This document shows, in pieces, positions 48,191 to 57,603 of a stretch of DNA of 64,000 nt. The translations under genes and the position numbers were made by a program. Position 1 is the first letter of the stretch. Every line of letters begins with the position of its first letter. Origin of the DNA: an uncultured bacterium (lineage in GTDB: Bacteria > Babelota > Babeliae > Babelales > JACPOV01); assembly GCA_963744715.1 (NCBI GenBank), contig CAVUUR010000006.1, forward strand, positions 148,299 through 212,298, in the 5' to 3' direction. The notes under the pieces are model-generated. The model made no database searches. It worked only from the letters and a program-made list of their open reading frames with translations, and had not been told where the DNA came from.

Positions 48191-49084
48191 ATGTTTAATA
48201 TCATCAAAAGTACGCTACATACCTTATATGCCTCATTCACTACTAAAATTAATACCTTGTTTGCACAAACTTCTGTTGACGATAAAACGCTACAAGAACT
48301 TGAACAACTCTTAATACAAGCCGATACTGGTTTTGCCGTCAGCAAAGAAATCATAAACGCCATTAAAATTACTCGTAAAAAACAACCAATGAATGATGGC
48401 GCCATGTTAAAAAATATTCTTGAACAGGAATTAATAAAACGATTAACGCCGTATACTATTCCCCAAACTGCCAAAACAGTATATTTATTAGTGGGAGTAA
48501 ATGGAAGCGGCAAAACAACCTTTGCCGGTAGATTTGCACAACAATATACCCAACAAGGAAAAAAAGTTTTACTTGCAGCGGGGGATACCTTTCGGGCAGC
48601 AGCAACGGAACAACTCACTCTCTGGGCGCAAAAAAGTAACGCTGATATTGTTAAAGGCGCAGAAGATCAAGATCCTGGATCGGTGGTTTTTTCTGCATGC
48701 CAACAATTCATCACCGGAAACTACGATATCTTAATTATTGATACGGCAGGTCGCTTACAAACAAAAATTAATCTTATGCATGAATTGGCAAAAATAAAAC
48801 GAATTATCGAACGCCAACTTCCTACTCACACGGTAGTAACCTTACTAACCATCGATGCAATGCTCGGCCAAAATTCATTGGAGCAAGCCCGCTTATTTAA
48901 TGAAAGTACAACAATTAATGGTATCGTTTTGACAAAAATGGACGGAACCGGAAAAGGCGGCATCGTCTTTGCCATAAATCATGCCCTTACCATTCCTGTT
49001 GCCTATATTTCTGCAGGTGAACAGGTAGATATGTTACAACGTTTTGATCCAACTGCTTACGTTAAGCATCTTTTAAACGCATAA
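48191..49084 (+). CDS. ftsY: Signal recognition particle receptor FtsY (short form, NG domain only)
   Basis: GVNGSGKTTFAGR, DTAGRLQ, LTKMDGTGKGG. Confidence 0.9.
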   Translation: MFNIIKSTLHTLYASFTTKINTLFAQTSVDDKTLQELEQLLIQADTGFAVSKEIINAIKITRKKQPMNDGAMLKNILEQELIKRLTPYTIPQTAKTVYLLVGVNGSGKTTFAGRFAQQYTQQGKKVLLAAGDTFRAAATEQLTLWAQKSNADIVKGAEDQDPGSVVFSACQQFITGNYDILIIDTAGRLQTKINLMHELAKIKRIIERQLPTHTVVTLLTIDAMLGQNSLEQARLFNESTTINGIVLTKMDGTGKGGIVFAINHALTIPVAYISAGEQVDMLQRFDPTAYVKHLLNA

Positions 49085-49196
49085 CATTACTCAATTTATT
49101 TCCCCCATAAAATAACTATCTAGTACATATACTTAACTTTTCTAGCAAATCTTAGTATAACCAACAATAAATGTTATTGTTGGTAAAGGAATAATC

Positions 49197-50090
49197 ATGG
49201 AACGCATCGTAATACCTTTTATTAATCAAATAGCCAAACAGTTAGCACCAATTTATCAACATACCAATGAACAAGAGCAAGTTACATGGTGGCTGATACA
49301 AAAACTTACTGGTATTGAGCAAGCAACCTTATTAGCTCACAGTACTATTGAATTAACTGAACAACAAGAACAAACACTGGCCACATGGATTAACAATCAT
49401 GTAGTTAATCATATGCCATTACAATATATATTGGGCACCGTCCCTTTTAATGATCTTGAAATAATCGTTGAGCCTCCGGTATTAATACCTCGCCCTGAAA
49501 CAGAAGAATGGTGTCTAACCTTATGCTCACAACTCAAACCACTTACTTCCAAAAAAATTCATCTTACTATTCTTGATCTCTGCACAGGAACTGGCTGTAT
49601 AGCATTAACGTTAGCAAAGGAATTATCATATGCACAGGTATATGCAACGGATATAGCTGACTTCGCTCTTGCTTTAGCCAAAAAAAACGCTGCTCACAAT
49701 ACTATTAACAATGTTACGTTCATACAATCTGATATCTATGAAAACATTCCTACTGATCTTACCTTTGATTTGATCGTTGCGAATCCTCCTTATATTACCG
49801 CTAAAGAGTGGAAAAAAATGGATCCAATGGTAACCGAATGGGAAGATAAACAGGCACTCGTTGCAGAACATGAAGGTTTGGCAATAATAGAAAAAATTAT
49901 TAAAGGTGCGCAGCAACGGCTCAAAGAAAATCTTGCAATGAAAATGCTTAATATTCCGCAACTTGTTATTGAAATAGGATACCGACAAGGAGAGCGCGTT
50001 AAAGAACTTATGCATAACAATGTTTTTAACCATATTGCTCTACATAAAGACCTTGAAGGAAAGGATCGTTTAGTAACGGGAAGGATGTAA
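49197..50090 (+). CDS. prmC: Release-factor glutamine N5-methyltransferase PrmC/HemK
   Basis: PLQYILG, LIPRPETE, SAM-binding DLCTGTGCIAL, catalytic IVANPPYI. Confidence 0.85.
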   Translation: MERIVIPFINQIAKQLAPIYQHTNEQEQVTWWLIQKLTGIEQATLLAHSTIELTEQQEQTLATWINNHVVNHMPLQYILGTVPFNDLEIIVEPPVLIPRPETEEWCLTLCSQLKPLTSKKIHLTILDLCTGTGCIALTLAKELSYAQVYATDIADFALALAKKNAAHNTINNVTFIQSDIYENIPTDLTFDLIVANPPYITAKEWKKMDPMVTEWEDKQALVAEHEGLAIIEKIIKGAQQRLKENLAMKMLNIPQLVIEIGYRQGERVKELMHNNVFNHIALHKDLEGKDRLVTGRM

Positions 50091-50094
50091 AATA

Positions 50095-50772
50095 ATGTGG
50101 CCATTACCTACACCTCAATATACTATCGTGAGCATAAATATTGATCCGGAAGGAGTAGCGTGTTACGCATTTTCCCTACAGAAAAAAAAGATATTATTAC
50201 GCCATTATGCGCATTTTGATACTGCAAAAATAATGATCATTAATGGCATTATTTTTAACAGCACTGCACTTCATTCGCATATAAATAAATTTATCATTGA
50301 TAACGATCTTGCCTATAGTTACGGCGTATTAGCAATTACCCAACCCAGCGTTACACAAGAATTATGTACCACGAACGCAGTTCAAGATATATACCACCAA
50401 CATGCTTACAACGTTACTAACCGCCCTATACTATCATTGCTCTCCGATCGCTGGTATTACCTAAGTACTATTTCAGAACAGTATCTTTTTCATTACAAAT
50501 TATTTTTAACACGACTCAAGTTACATTGTTTACAAATAACCACACCTATACTTGCATTGTTAACCATATATGAATTGCTCTATCCAAAAAATATCATTAC
50601 CTATGATAAACAAACTATTTGCTCATTGTACGATCACTGCATGAATGCAATAACTATCAATGATCTAGAAAATTGTGTAACGATAGCTTCAAATATTACG
50701 CTCAACAAAACAGAACTTGCTCGAGGCGTTGGATTATTTTTACTTGGAAAAAAAACATATGAACAATCATAA
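50095..50772 (+). CDS. Hypothetical protein, possibly a reduced PilM-like partner of the next gene
   Basis: 225-aa ORF starting 5 nt after prmC and overlapping the next gene. The only support for PilM is a weak resemblance in layout (IVSINIDPEGVACYAF...) and its position upstream of a PilN-like gene. Confidence 0.35.
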   Translation: MWPLPTPQYTIVSINIDPEGVACYAFSLQKKKILLRHYAHFDTAKIMIINGIIFNSTALHSHINKFIIDNDLAYSYGVLAITQPSVTQELCTTNAVQDIYHQHAYNVTNRPILSLLSDRWYYLSTISEQYLFHYKLFLTRLKLHCLQITTPILALLTIYELLYPKNIITYDKQTICSLYDHCMNAITINDLENCVTIASNITLNKTELARGVGLFLLGKKTYEQS

Positions 50773-51310
50773 TTTTATTGTACCCATTGCTCCTAAAAAA
50801 CAACGTGAAATACGTAGATGGTATATTATTTCATGCTATAGCGCTATTATCGTTATATGCTTGATAAGTGCGCTCACCATACAACAAGTATATGACCTCT
50901 GGCATCTTAAAAAAGATTATCAACTGCTATCAAGACAAGAACAAGAATATGAAACTTTTTTAAAAACCGTTGAACAACTTGAGATACAGGAAACGGCGCT
51001 TGCTAAAAAATTGAAAAAATTAACGCAATTTTGTAAAAATCCAATAATGCCATCAACGCTCTTTGAACATCTTACAACAATGTTACCCAACGATGTTGCA
51101 TTTTCTAAGGTTATTTTAAATGATCATCGCACCGTTGAATTACAAGGCCATGCCATGAATACACAAGGCATAACTACCTTATTGCAACGATTAGATTCAT
51201 CACCCTTACTTACACAGATTCATGTAACTTCTTTACATCATCAATCGCAACAAGCAACAGCAAATGCTCCATGCTTGCAGTTTGTTATGCAAGGAACTAT
51301 AAAAAAATAA
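50759..51310 (+). CDS. PilN-like bitopic membrane protein
   Basis: Short basic N-terminus (KKQREIRRW), one TM (YIISCYSAIIVICLISALTI), a coiled coil, then LPNDVAFSKVILNDHRTVELQGHAMNTQGITTLLQRLDSSPLL. This is the typical PilN layout. Confidence 0.5.
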   Translation: MNNHNFIVPIAPKKQREIRRWYIISCYSAIIVICLISALTIQQVYDLWHLKKDYQLLSRQEQEYETFLKTVEQLEIQETALAKKLKKLTQFCKNPIMPSTLFEHLTTMLPNDVAFSKVILNDHRTVELQGHAMNTQGITTLLQRLDSSPLLTQIHVTSLHHQSQQATANAPCLQFVMQGTIKK

Positions 51311-51394
51311 ACAAACTAGGTATTATTTTTTTGCTTGTTATACTTGATTATGCGTAATACAACATAGTTTAGTTTTTTATCTGTTTTCATTGTC

Positions 51395-53236
51395 ATGGGA
51401 AAAATAAAACAATTACCACCGCACGAAGCCCACAAAATTGCAGCAGGAGAAGTAGTAGATCGCCCTGCCAACGTAGTAAAAGAATTAATAGAAAATTCAA
51501 TTGATGCAGGCGCTCAATCTATTTGCCTGTATCTTGAACGTTCCGGGCACAATAGCATTAGAGTTGTCGATAATGGTTACGGCATGGATCAAGAAGATGC
51601 CGAACTGTGTTTTGCACATCATGCAACAAGTAAAATTAGTTCCGTTGAACAACTGTATTCATTACAAAGTTTCGGATTCCGCGGCGAAGCATTAACCAGC
51701 ATTGCTGCAGTAAGTAAAGTAACCCTTATCACCAAAGAACAGCATGCGCATACTGGTATTAAGCTTGAGCGAACTAATAATATCATAACCAGTTGCCAAG
51801 AAGTTTCGTGCACATCAGGCACCGATATTACCGTTCAAGATCTTTTTTATAATGTTCCCGCTCGAAAAAAATTTCTTAAAAAAGAACAAACAGAATTGCG
51901 CAACATTGTGCAACTATTTCATGCATTCTGCTTTGATTATCCGAAGATACAATTTAAATTGTATTCTGATGGTAACCTTATTTCTAACGTTCCATCAGTT
52001 GAAAATCTTGAACAACGCGTACAACAATTGTGGCAAGCAATACCAATGATGAGCATTGAGCAAACAACAAATAATACTATCAAAATACAGGGTATTATTT
52101 CATCTCATCAGCATTATCGGTATGATCGCAGCAACATTTTCTTTTTTGTTAATCAACGATGGGTAAAAAATAACGCACTTATAAAGGCATTATTAAAAAG
52201 TTATCTTAACGTATTGCCCGAAGGGCGCTATCCGAGTGCTATCGTATCATTAACGATTGATCCGCAGGAAATTGATATTAATATTCACCCGCGCAAAGAA
52301 GAAGTGCAATTTCTTCATGAACGCATCGTTGAACAGGTTGTTTACAATGCAGTAAAAAGTACTCTTGAGAAACATCTGTCGCATCACGTTGTTTTACCAA
52401 GAGCAACAGAACCTTCTTACGCCACCACCTTTGCACCATTAAAAACTACCGTAGATCATACTAACACATTCCCTAAAAACTTCTCTTTAACAGCGCATAC
52501 TGCATCTGAACAGAAATTTGAAGAAAAATTTCATTATACAAAACCTTATGCTAATTCTTTTGCACAACAACCAATAGCAACAGCACCTGCGCCTATTGAG
52601 CGGCACAACAATACACTACAAAATGCACAACAACAAGAATCTTTTGTGCACGCTGAACCCTATCAATTTATTGGCATGTATAATAACACGTATATTCTTG
52701 CCGAATCGCCAGAGGGATTAGTATTAATTGATCAACATGCGGCGCATGAAAGAATTTTATACGAGCAGTTTAAGAGCCGTTTTGACACCATGCAAACAAT
52801 ACCGCTCTTATTCCCTGCCATTATTACATTTTCTGCTGATGAATATGCGTTGATCACCGAATATACGGATATCCTAAAAACTCATGGCTTAATTATTGAA
52901 TCGTTTGGGCACAATAGTATTATCGTTCAATCAGCACCGGCGCATTTAAAAAATATTTCATTTACAGACCTACTTAAGGAATTATTAGGTTTGCTCATTG
53001 AACATAAAAATCTTGATCGCGATACCTTTTTGACTACCATTCATGAAAAAATTCATGCACAAATGGCCTGCAAAGCCGCAGTAAAGGCGGGTGATGAACT
53101 GACGCAAGAACAGATTAAACGATTGCTTAATGATCTTTATGCAACCAGTAATCGATTTGCATGTCCTCACGGAAGACCAACCCTATGGACGCTGCATCAA
53201 GAAGAAATTGAACGAAAATTTAAGCGAAAAAAATAA
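51395..53236 (+). CDS. mutL: DNA mismatch repair protein MutL (endonuclease-motif type)
   Basis: GHKL ATPase motifs (ELIENSIDAGA, VVDNGYGM, FGFRGEAL). C-terminal DQHAAHERILYE and ACPHGRPT. Confidence 0.9.
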   Translation: MGKIKQLPPHEAHKIAAGEVVDRPANVVKELIENSIDAGAQSICLYLERSGHNSIRVVDNGYGMDQEDAELCFAHHATSKISSVEQLYSLQSFGFRGEALTSIAAVSKVTLITKEQHAHTGIKLERTNNIITSCQEVSCTSGTDITVQDLFYNVPARKKFLKKEQTELRNIVQLFHAFCFDYPKIQFKLYSDGNLISNVPSVENLEQRVQQLWQAIPMMSIEQTTNNTIKIQGIISSHQHYRYDRSNIFFFVNQRWVKNNALIKALLKSYLNVLPEGRYPSAIVSLTIDPQEIDINIHPRKEEVQFLHERIVEQVVYNAVKSTLEKHLSHHVVLPRATEPSYATTFAPLKTTVDHTNTFPKNFSLTAHTASEQKFEEKFHYTKPYANSFAQQPIATAPAPIERHNNTLQNAQQQESFVHAEPYQFIGMYNNTYILAESPEGLVLIDQHAAHERILYEQFKSRFDTMQTIPLLFPAIITFSADEYALITEYTDILKTHGLIIESFGHNSIIVQSAPAHLKNISFTDLLKELLGLLIEHKNLDRDTFLTTIHEKIHAQMACKAAVKAGDELTQEQIKRLLNDLYATSNRFACPHGRPTLWTLHQEEIERKFKRKK

Positions 53237-54010
53237 TTAGCGCATAGTATTACTATTAAAAGCGTTAGTTCGTTCTTCCAATAACGTTCTATACACATGT
53301 GCATACACTAATATACTCGCCGGCCATATAATAAATAAGGTTATGCCAAAAAAGACCGTTGCTATTGAATTCATCAAAACAAACAAAATATTTAATGCTA
53401 AAAGTTTCCATTTCGAACCGTACGTTACTTCCGCACTGTGATGAAATGCTTCAAAAACACCAAGATTTTCATACACGATACCATGATGCACAAAAGCGTA
53501 TCTAATGCTTAAATAAATACCTGGAACAATAAAACAAGCAAAACCAAGCCCGCACATAAGCCAATATAATAATGAAGCAACCAGATCACGTAACACTAAA
53601 TGCCCACAAGAAAATAATCTTTTGATATAACTTTCTCCTCGATCATAAAAATCAAAAGCAATTCTAATATTACCTAGAGCAAAAAAGCGAATCATCGGGT
53701 AAAATCCTAGAATCAACAATGCAATAATGCCAAACATGGCATACCAATTTAAATGATGAATGACAGACTTTAATTGTACTTTGACCATTTCCATAGCACT
53801 CGAAGAAGATGCAACATCAAGCATACTAATAGTTGGAACTACATTATTGAAAAACAATACATAGGCTAATAATAAAACTACCAGTCCCACTATAAAAGCA
53901 ATGCCATATTGCACAAAAATAAGCCCGAGAAAAAAAGCAAAATGCTCAAACAGCGTAAAAAATCCAAATTTTAATGATTCAGTTATTGAAAAACCTTTTT
54001 TTTGATCCAT
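53237..54010 (-). CDS. Polytopic membrane protein of unknown function
   Basis: 257 aa with about 6 hydrophobic segments. Its stop directly abuts the mutL stop (convergent). Confidence 0.55.
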   Translation of the reverse strand: MDQKKGFSITESLKFGFFTLFEHFAFFLGLIFVQYGIAFIVGLVVLLLAYVLFFNNVVPTISMLDVASSSSAMEMVKVQLKSVIHHLNWYAMFGIIALLILGFYPMIRFFALGNIRIAFDFYDRGESYIKRLFSCGHLVLRDLVASLLYWLMCGLGFACFIVPGIYLSIRYAFVHHGIVYENLGVFEAFHHSAEVTYGSKWKLLALNILFVLMNSIATVFFGITLFIIWPASILVYAHVYRTLLEERTNAFNSNTMR

Positions 54011-54131
54011 GGTTAATATTCCTTTATTTTTTCATCTATTGAACAACCTATAGTTGTAAGAATAAAAAGAACAAACAGATAATACAAGAATTTTTTAAGA
54101 TTTATACTACTTATGAAGTCACCATTACACA

Positions 54132-54169
54132 ATAATAGAGAGGAGAAATAATATTCTTCTCTCTATTAT
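54132..54169 (-). terminator. Hairpin downstream of the 645-aa ankyrin gene
   Basis: ATAATAGAGAGGAGAA pairs with TTCTTCTCTCTATTAT (one mismatch) across a 6-nt loop. Confidence 0.55.
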
Positions 54170-54207
54170 GCCATATCAAAATTGAACATCTACTCTTTAA
54201 TGCATCA

Positions 54208-56145
54208 TTACAGCGCTCTATGCAAATTGCGCAACGTCATATTTAACGTTTGCAGCTGTTGGTATACTACGCCAAGATCTACCCGCGTTGGTTGTTGTTT
54301 TCTCTGCGCTTCTTGAAGTAATGCTTTTGCTTGTTCGTTACCAGATAAATCTAAAGCGGTTTGCCCTACTGCATTTTTTAATGTAATATTTGCTCCCTCA
54401 TTAAGCAAGGCTGGTATGAGCTCATATCTAGTACCCTCCGCTGCCATCATTAATGCACTAAAGCCTTCTCGATTTTGTAAATTAACGTTGATATTTTTAA
54501 TTCTTAAAAGCAATGTTATTATCGGTTCCTCATCATCAGAAATCGCTGCCATAAGCGCAGTATCTCCATTGTCATTCTGTCCATTAATATCCGCACCCGC
54601 ATCAATCAGCGCTTGAACGATACCGGGATTACGATGTTCTACTGCTTCTATGAGAAGTGTTGTTGCATGACCAGCTGCGTCTTTTATCACGTCATTAATA
54701 TGATCTTTAATTTCTTGATCACCCAGGAAATCTTTTATTTGGGTTACCTGAACCTTTTTAATCATTTCTTGTAACTTTTTCAATTTTTGCTCAGTAGTTA
54801 GTGCTGGTTTTTTAATCAACTTTTCAAGATAAGTTACAATGTTATTGTTATGCGCGCCTTTAGCAACGTCAAGAGCTGTCTGAGGCTTCTTTTCATTTAT
54901 TCCAAATATTACAGCTTTGTTAAGATCTGCGCCCTTATCAACGAGTAATTGTATTATCTGATTTGCCATATCTTCTGCGTCATTCATAACTACATGAAAA
55001 ATAGGTGTTAATCCATTCTCATCTTCCAAATTTGAATTTGCACCTTTATTTAAAAGAGAACTAACTACCTTACGCGCATCGTCAGTAAAAGCAAGATCTC
55101 GTTGCGTTGCATAAAAAAGAGCGCTTTCTCCTTTACTGTCTCGTGCATTAACATTAGCCCCTTTATCAAGCAAAAATGCAACGATGCCTGGTTGCCAATT
55201 AGATGCTGCCTCCATTAAAGCAGTTCTACCATTATTATCCGCTTTATTAACTAACTCATGATTCTTGGTATATAGACTCAATACTTTAGAATAATCTTTA
55301 CCCGCGGCATCAATAAATTCCTTGATTTCTTGTTGTTCTTTAGTCGGCTGTTCTCTTGCAGCGCCACGTATTAATGATCTAATAAAGTCATTCTTGGCAT
55401 AGTTCACGGCCGTGTCCCCTTTGGAATCCTTTGCCGAAACATCTGCTCCTGCCCGAAGCAATGCCCCTACTATTTCCCTATTTCCTTTCTTAGCTGCAAA
55501 CATAAGTGGTGTTTTACCTGCATTTGTTTTCACATTTACATCGGCATCGTTCTCTATCAGAAATTTAATAGCAGGTAACTGTGACCCTTCTATAGATGCA
55601 ATCAATGGATTCATTTCTTCACCCCGATATTGCATCATCGCATCAATATTGGGTAGCATATTTGGCAAAATTGTTTTTAAAGTTCCAACTAATCCTTTAT
55701 AAGCAGTATCAACAAAATTTTTTAATTGTTCTTCTTTTTTCTTAGGTAATGCTGGCGGATTTTTTAATAATTTAACAATTGCTTCAAATTCTGGTTTGCT
55801 CTCTGCTAAAGACAATGGCGTTTTTTTATCTGAAGTGTGCGGATACTTAGGATTTGCACCTTTGTTCAAAAGCTCCCTTATAAGCGAGAAATACCTTGCT
55901 CGATCTAATGTATCTTGTGGTATTTCTGTCACATCAATTGCAAGCCACAGGGGAGTTTCTCCAGTCTTATAAGGATCTGCATTTGGCGCAAGTATATTCA
56001 TAGTTATCATGTTTGCTGCAAGGCCATAAGTTTTATCGGTAATATATGATTTAAATTCACCGTAATTAAGCTTTTCTTGCTCCATAGCAAAAGCAGTATG
56101 CATTCCTATCATAGTAAAAGTTAATAATAACATCTTTTTGTTCAT
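54208..56145 (-). CDS. Secreted ankyrin-repeat protein (645 aa)
   Basis: Signal MNKKMLLLTFTMIGMHTAFA followed by MEQE. Many ANK units (GKTPLMFAAKKGNREIVGALLRAGADV, GRTALMEAAS...LLDKGANVN). C-terminal Leu/Gln helix. Confidence 0.85.
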   Translation of the reverse strand: MNKKMLLLTFTMIGMHTAFAMEQEKLNYGEFKSYITDKTYGLAANMITMNILAPNADPYKTGETPLWLAIDVTEIPQDTLDRARYFSLIRELLNKGANPKYPHTSDKKTPLSLAESKPEFEAIVKLLKNPPALPKKKEEQLKNFVDTAYKGLVGTLKTILPNMLPNIDAMMQYRGEEMNPLIASIEGSQLPAIKFLIENDADVNVKTNAGKTPLMFAAKKGNREIVGALLRAGADVSAKDSKGDTAVNYAKNDFIRSLIRGAAREQPTKEQQEIKEFIDAAGKDYSKVLSLYTKNHELVNKADNNGRTALMEAASNWQPGIVAFLLDKGANVNARDSKGESALFYATQRDLAFTDDARKVVSSLLNKGANSNLEDENGLTPIFHVVMNDAEDMANQIIQLLVDKGADLNKAVIFGINEKKPQTALDVAKGAHNNNIVTYLEKLIKKPALTTEQKLKKLQEMIKKVQVTQIKDFLGDQEIKDHINDVIKDAAGHATTLLIEAVEHRNPGIVQALIDAGADINGQNDNGDTALMAAISDDEEPIITLLLRIKNINVNLQNREGFSALMMAAEGTRYELIPALLNEGANITLKNAVGQTALDLSGNEQAKALLQEAQRKQQPTRVDLGVVYQQLQTLNMTLRNLHRAL

Positions 56146-56162
56146 ATCAAATCTCCCTTTTT

Positions 56163-56218
56163 ATAGTATTTTTACCTAACATTACTGCTCGTGGCATGTA
56201 TAATGCAATAGTTTTTTT
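56163..56218 (-). repeat. Leader/promoter cassette copy A upstream of 54208..56145
   Basis: The minus strand reads TTGCAT-N18-TAATGT, then AAAGGGAG and ATG. It is near-identical to 57373-57427 and related to 57468-57521. Confidence 0.6.
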
Positions 56219-56255
56219 GATAACTTCATCATGTTGGCTCTATACAAATACAAAA

Positions 56256-56280
56256 GGGGAAGAAATAAAACTTCTTCCCC
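56256..56280 (-). terminator. Hairpin downstream of the 358-aa ankyrin gene
   Basis: GGGGAAGAA pairs with TTCTTCCCC, preceded by AAAA and followed by TT. Confidence 0.55.
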
Positions 56281-56330
56281 TTGACACTTATATTATTTTA
56301 AAATGCACACTTATTTTCTTTATGCATCAA

Positions 56331-57356
56331 TTAAAATGCTGCACGCAAATTCTGTAATGAAGTTTGAAGCTTCATTAATTGTTGATGTACTATGCCAAGA
56401 TCTGCCGGTTGCGATGGTTGTTTATTCAAACTTTCAAGGTAGTTTATGATTTCTTGTTTTTTCCGGCCTCTGGCAATATCAAGAACAGTTATTGATTTTC
56501 CATTTTGGGCTAATACAGTTTTACCAAGATCTGCACCTTCTTGCACCAACACCTTTATGATTGCAAGAGCATGGTCTTCATCACCATTTTCCACAGCATA
56601 AAAAATGGGTGTTACTCCCGATTGATCTGCAATATTTGGATTTGCATGGTGAGCTAAAAGGGTCGTAACGATATCAACAGCACTTACATCAAATTCTCCA
56701 GGACTTCTGGTTACCCATATTAATGCCGTATGTTTATTACCATCCTGTGCATTAGGATTAGCACCTTCAGTGAGCAAAAAATTAACATTAGCTAATTTTC
56801 TGGCTGCTGCGGCATTCATTAAAGCTGTCATACCAAGGTTATCCTTAGCATCAAGTAGGCCTTTGTTTTTGTCATATAATGCTCTTAACTGCGCAACGTC
56901 AGCCCTACCTGCTGTGCCAATAAAATTTACAATTTGTTCTTTTGTTGGCTGAACTGGTTGCGGGCCAACGGGTTGCTCTCCCTTTAATTTTCCTTTTAAC
57001 AAATCAATAGTCTCTGGAGTAGTAAATCCTTTTCTCTCTGCCAAAGATACTAATCCCGTATTAACTTGTGCACCTTTATCTAACAATCTTTTTATAAGAT
57101 ATTCATAAGGCTGCTTATCGATCTCTTCCATTTTTATTGGTGTATTAATTGTAAGGAAAAGGGGAGTTTCTCCATTAGAGTAGGGATCAGCATCTGCCCT
57201 GACTGTCCCAGAATCTATCATCGTTGCTGCGAGAGAATATTTTCTCAATGAAATTAATTTAGAAAATTGATCATACTTAAGATCTCTTTGTAGTGCCCCA
57301 AAAACTGTATTTATCGCTAAAATACTAAAAACTAATAACAATATCTTTTTTTTCAT
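56331..57356 (-). CDS. Secreted ankyrin-repeat protein (341 aa from MKKKILLL)
   Basis: Signal MKKKILLLVFSILAINTVFGA. Its N- and C-terminal regions are paralogous to 54208..56145. ANK units (GMTALMNAAAARKLANVNFLLTEGANPN). The longer ORF up to 57407 reads through the leader cassette. Confidence 0.8.
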   Translation of the reverse strand: MKKKILLLVFSILAINTVFGALQRDLKYDQFSKLISLRKYSLAATMIDSGTVRADADPYSNGETPLFLTINTPIKMEEIDKQPYEYLIKRLLDKGAQVNTGLVSLAERKGFTTPETIDLLKGKLKGEQPVGPQPVQPTKEQIVNFIGTAGRADVAQLRALYDKNKGLLDAKDNLGMTALMNAAAARKLANVNFLLTEGANPNAQDGNKHTALIWVTRSPGEFDVSAVDIVTTLLAHHANPNIADQSGVTPIFYAVENGDEDHALAIIKVLVQEGADLGKTVLAQNGKSITVLDIARGRKKQEIINYLESLNKQPSQPADLGIVHQQLMKLQTSLQNLRAAF

Positions 57357-57372
57357 ACCTATCTCCTTATTA

Positions 57373-57427
57373 ATAGTATTTTTACCTAACCTTACTGCGC
57401 GTGGCATTGATAATGCAATAGTTTTTT
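57373..57427 (-). repeat. Leader/promoter cassette copy B upstream of 56331..57356
   Basis: ATAGTATTTTTACCTAACCTTACTGCGCGTGGCATTGATAATGCAATAGTTTTTT aligns with copy A with only a few substitutions. Confidence 0.6.
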
Positions 57428-57521
57428 AATAACAATATCTTTTTTGTCATAGAAATCTCGCTTTATTACAATATTTTACATAACATTACTGTTCGCACTG
57501 ACGACAATGCAATATTTTTTT
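57428..57521 (-). repeat. Orphan start-codon stub (ATG at 57450) plus degenerate leader cassette copy C
   Basis: The minus strand ATGACAAAAAAGATATTGTTATTA copies the first 8 codons of the ankyrin gene (ATGAAAAAAAAGATATTGTTATTA), then runs straight into cassette B. Upstream lies a third TTGCAT ... TAATGT cassette. Confidence 0.55.
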
Positions 57522-57603
57522 GATAAATAGTCCCCTAATAGTTCTTTGTGAGTTGCTTCATAACCCTACATGCACCAAAAAATAATCAGCAATACATTAT
57601 TTT

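Noticed and set aside
48130-48618. 162-aa minus-strand ORF
   Set aside because: It lies antisense to ftsY (GVNGSGKTT etc.) and is Cys/Ser-rich with no start signals.
57356-57407. N-terminal extension MPRAVRLGKNTINKEIG of the 358-aa ankyrin ORF
   Set aside because: This stretch is the translated leader/RBS cassette shared with the upstream region of the paralogue. The paralogue starts at the equivalent MNKK/MKKK methionine.
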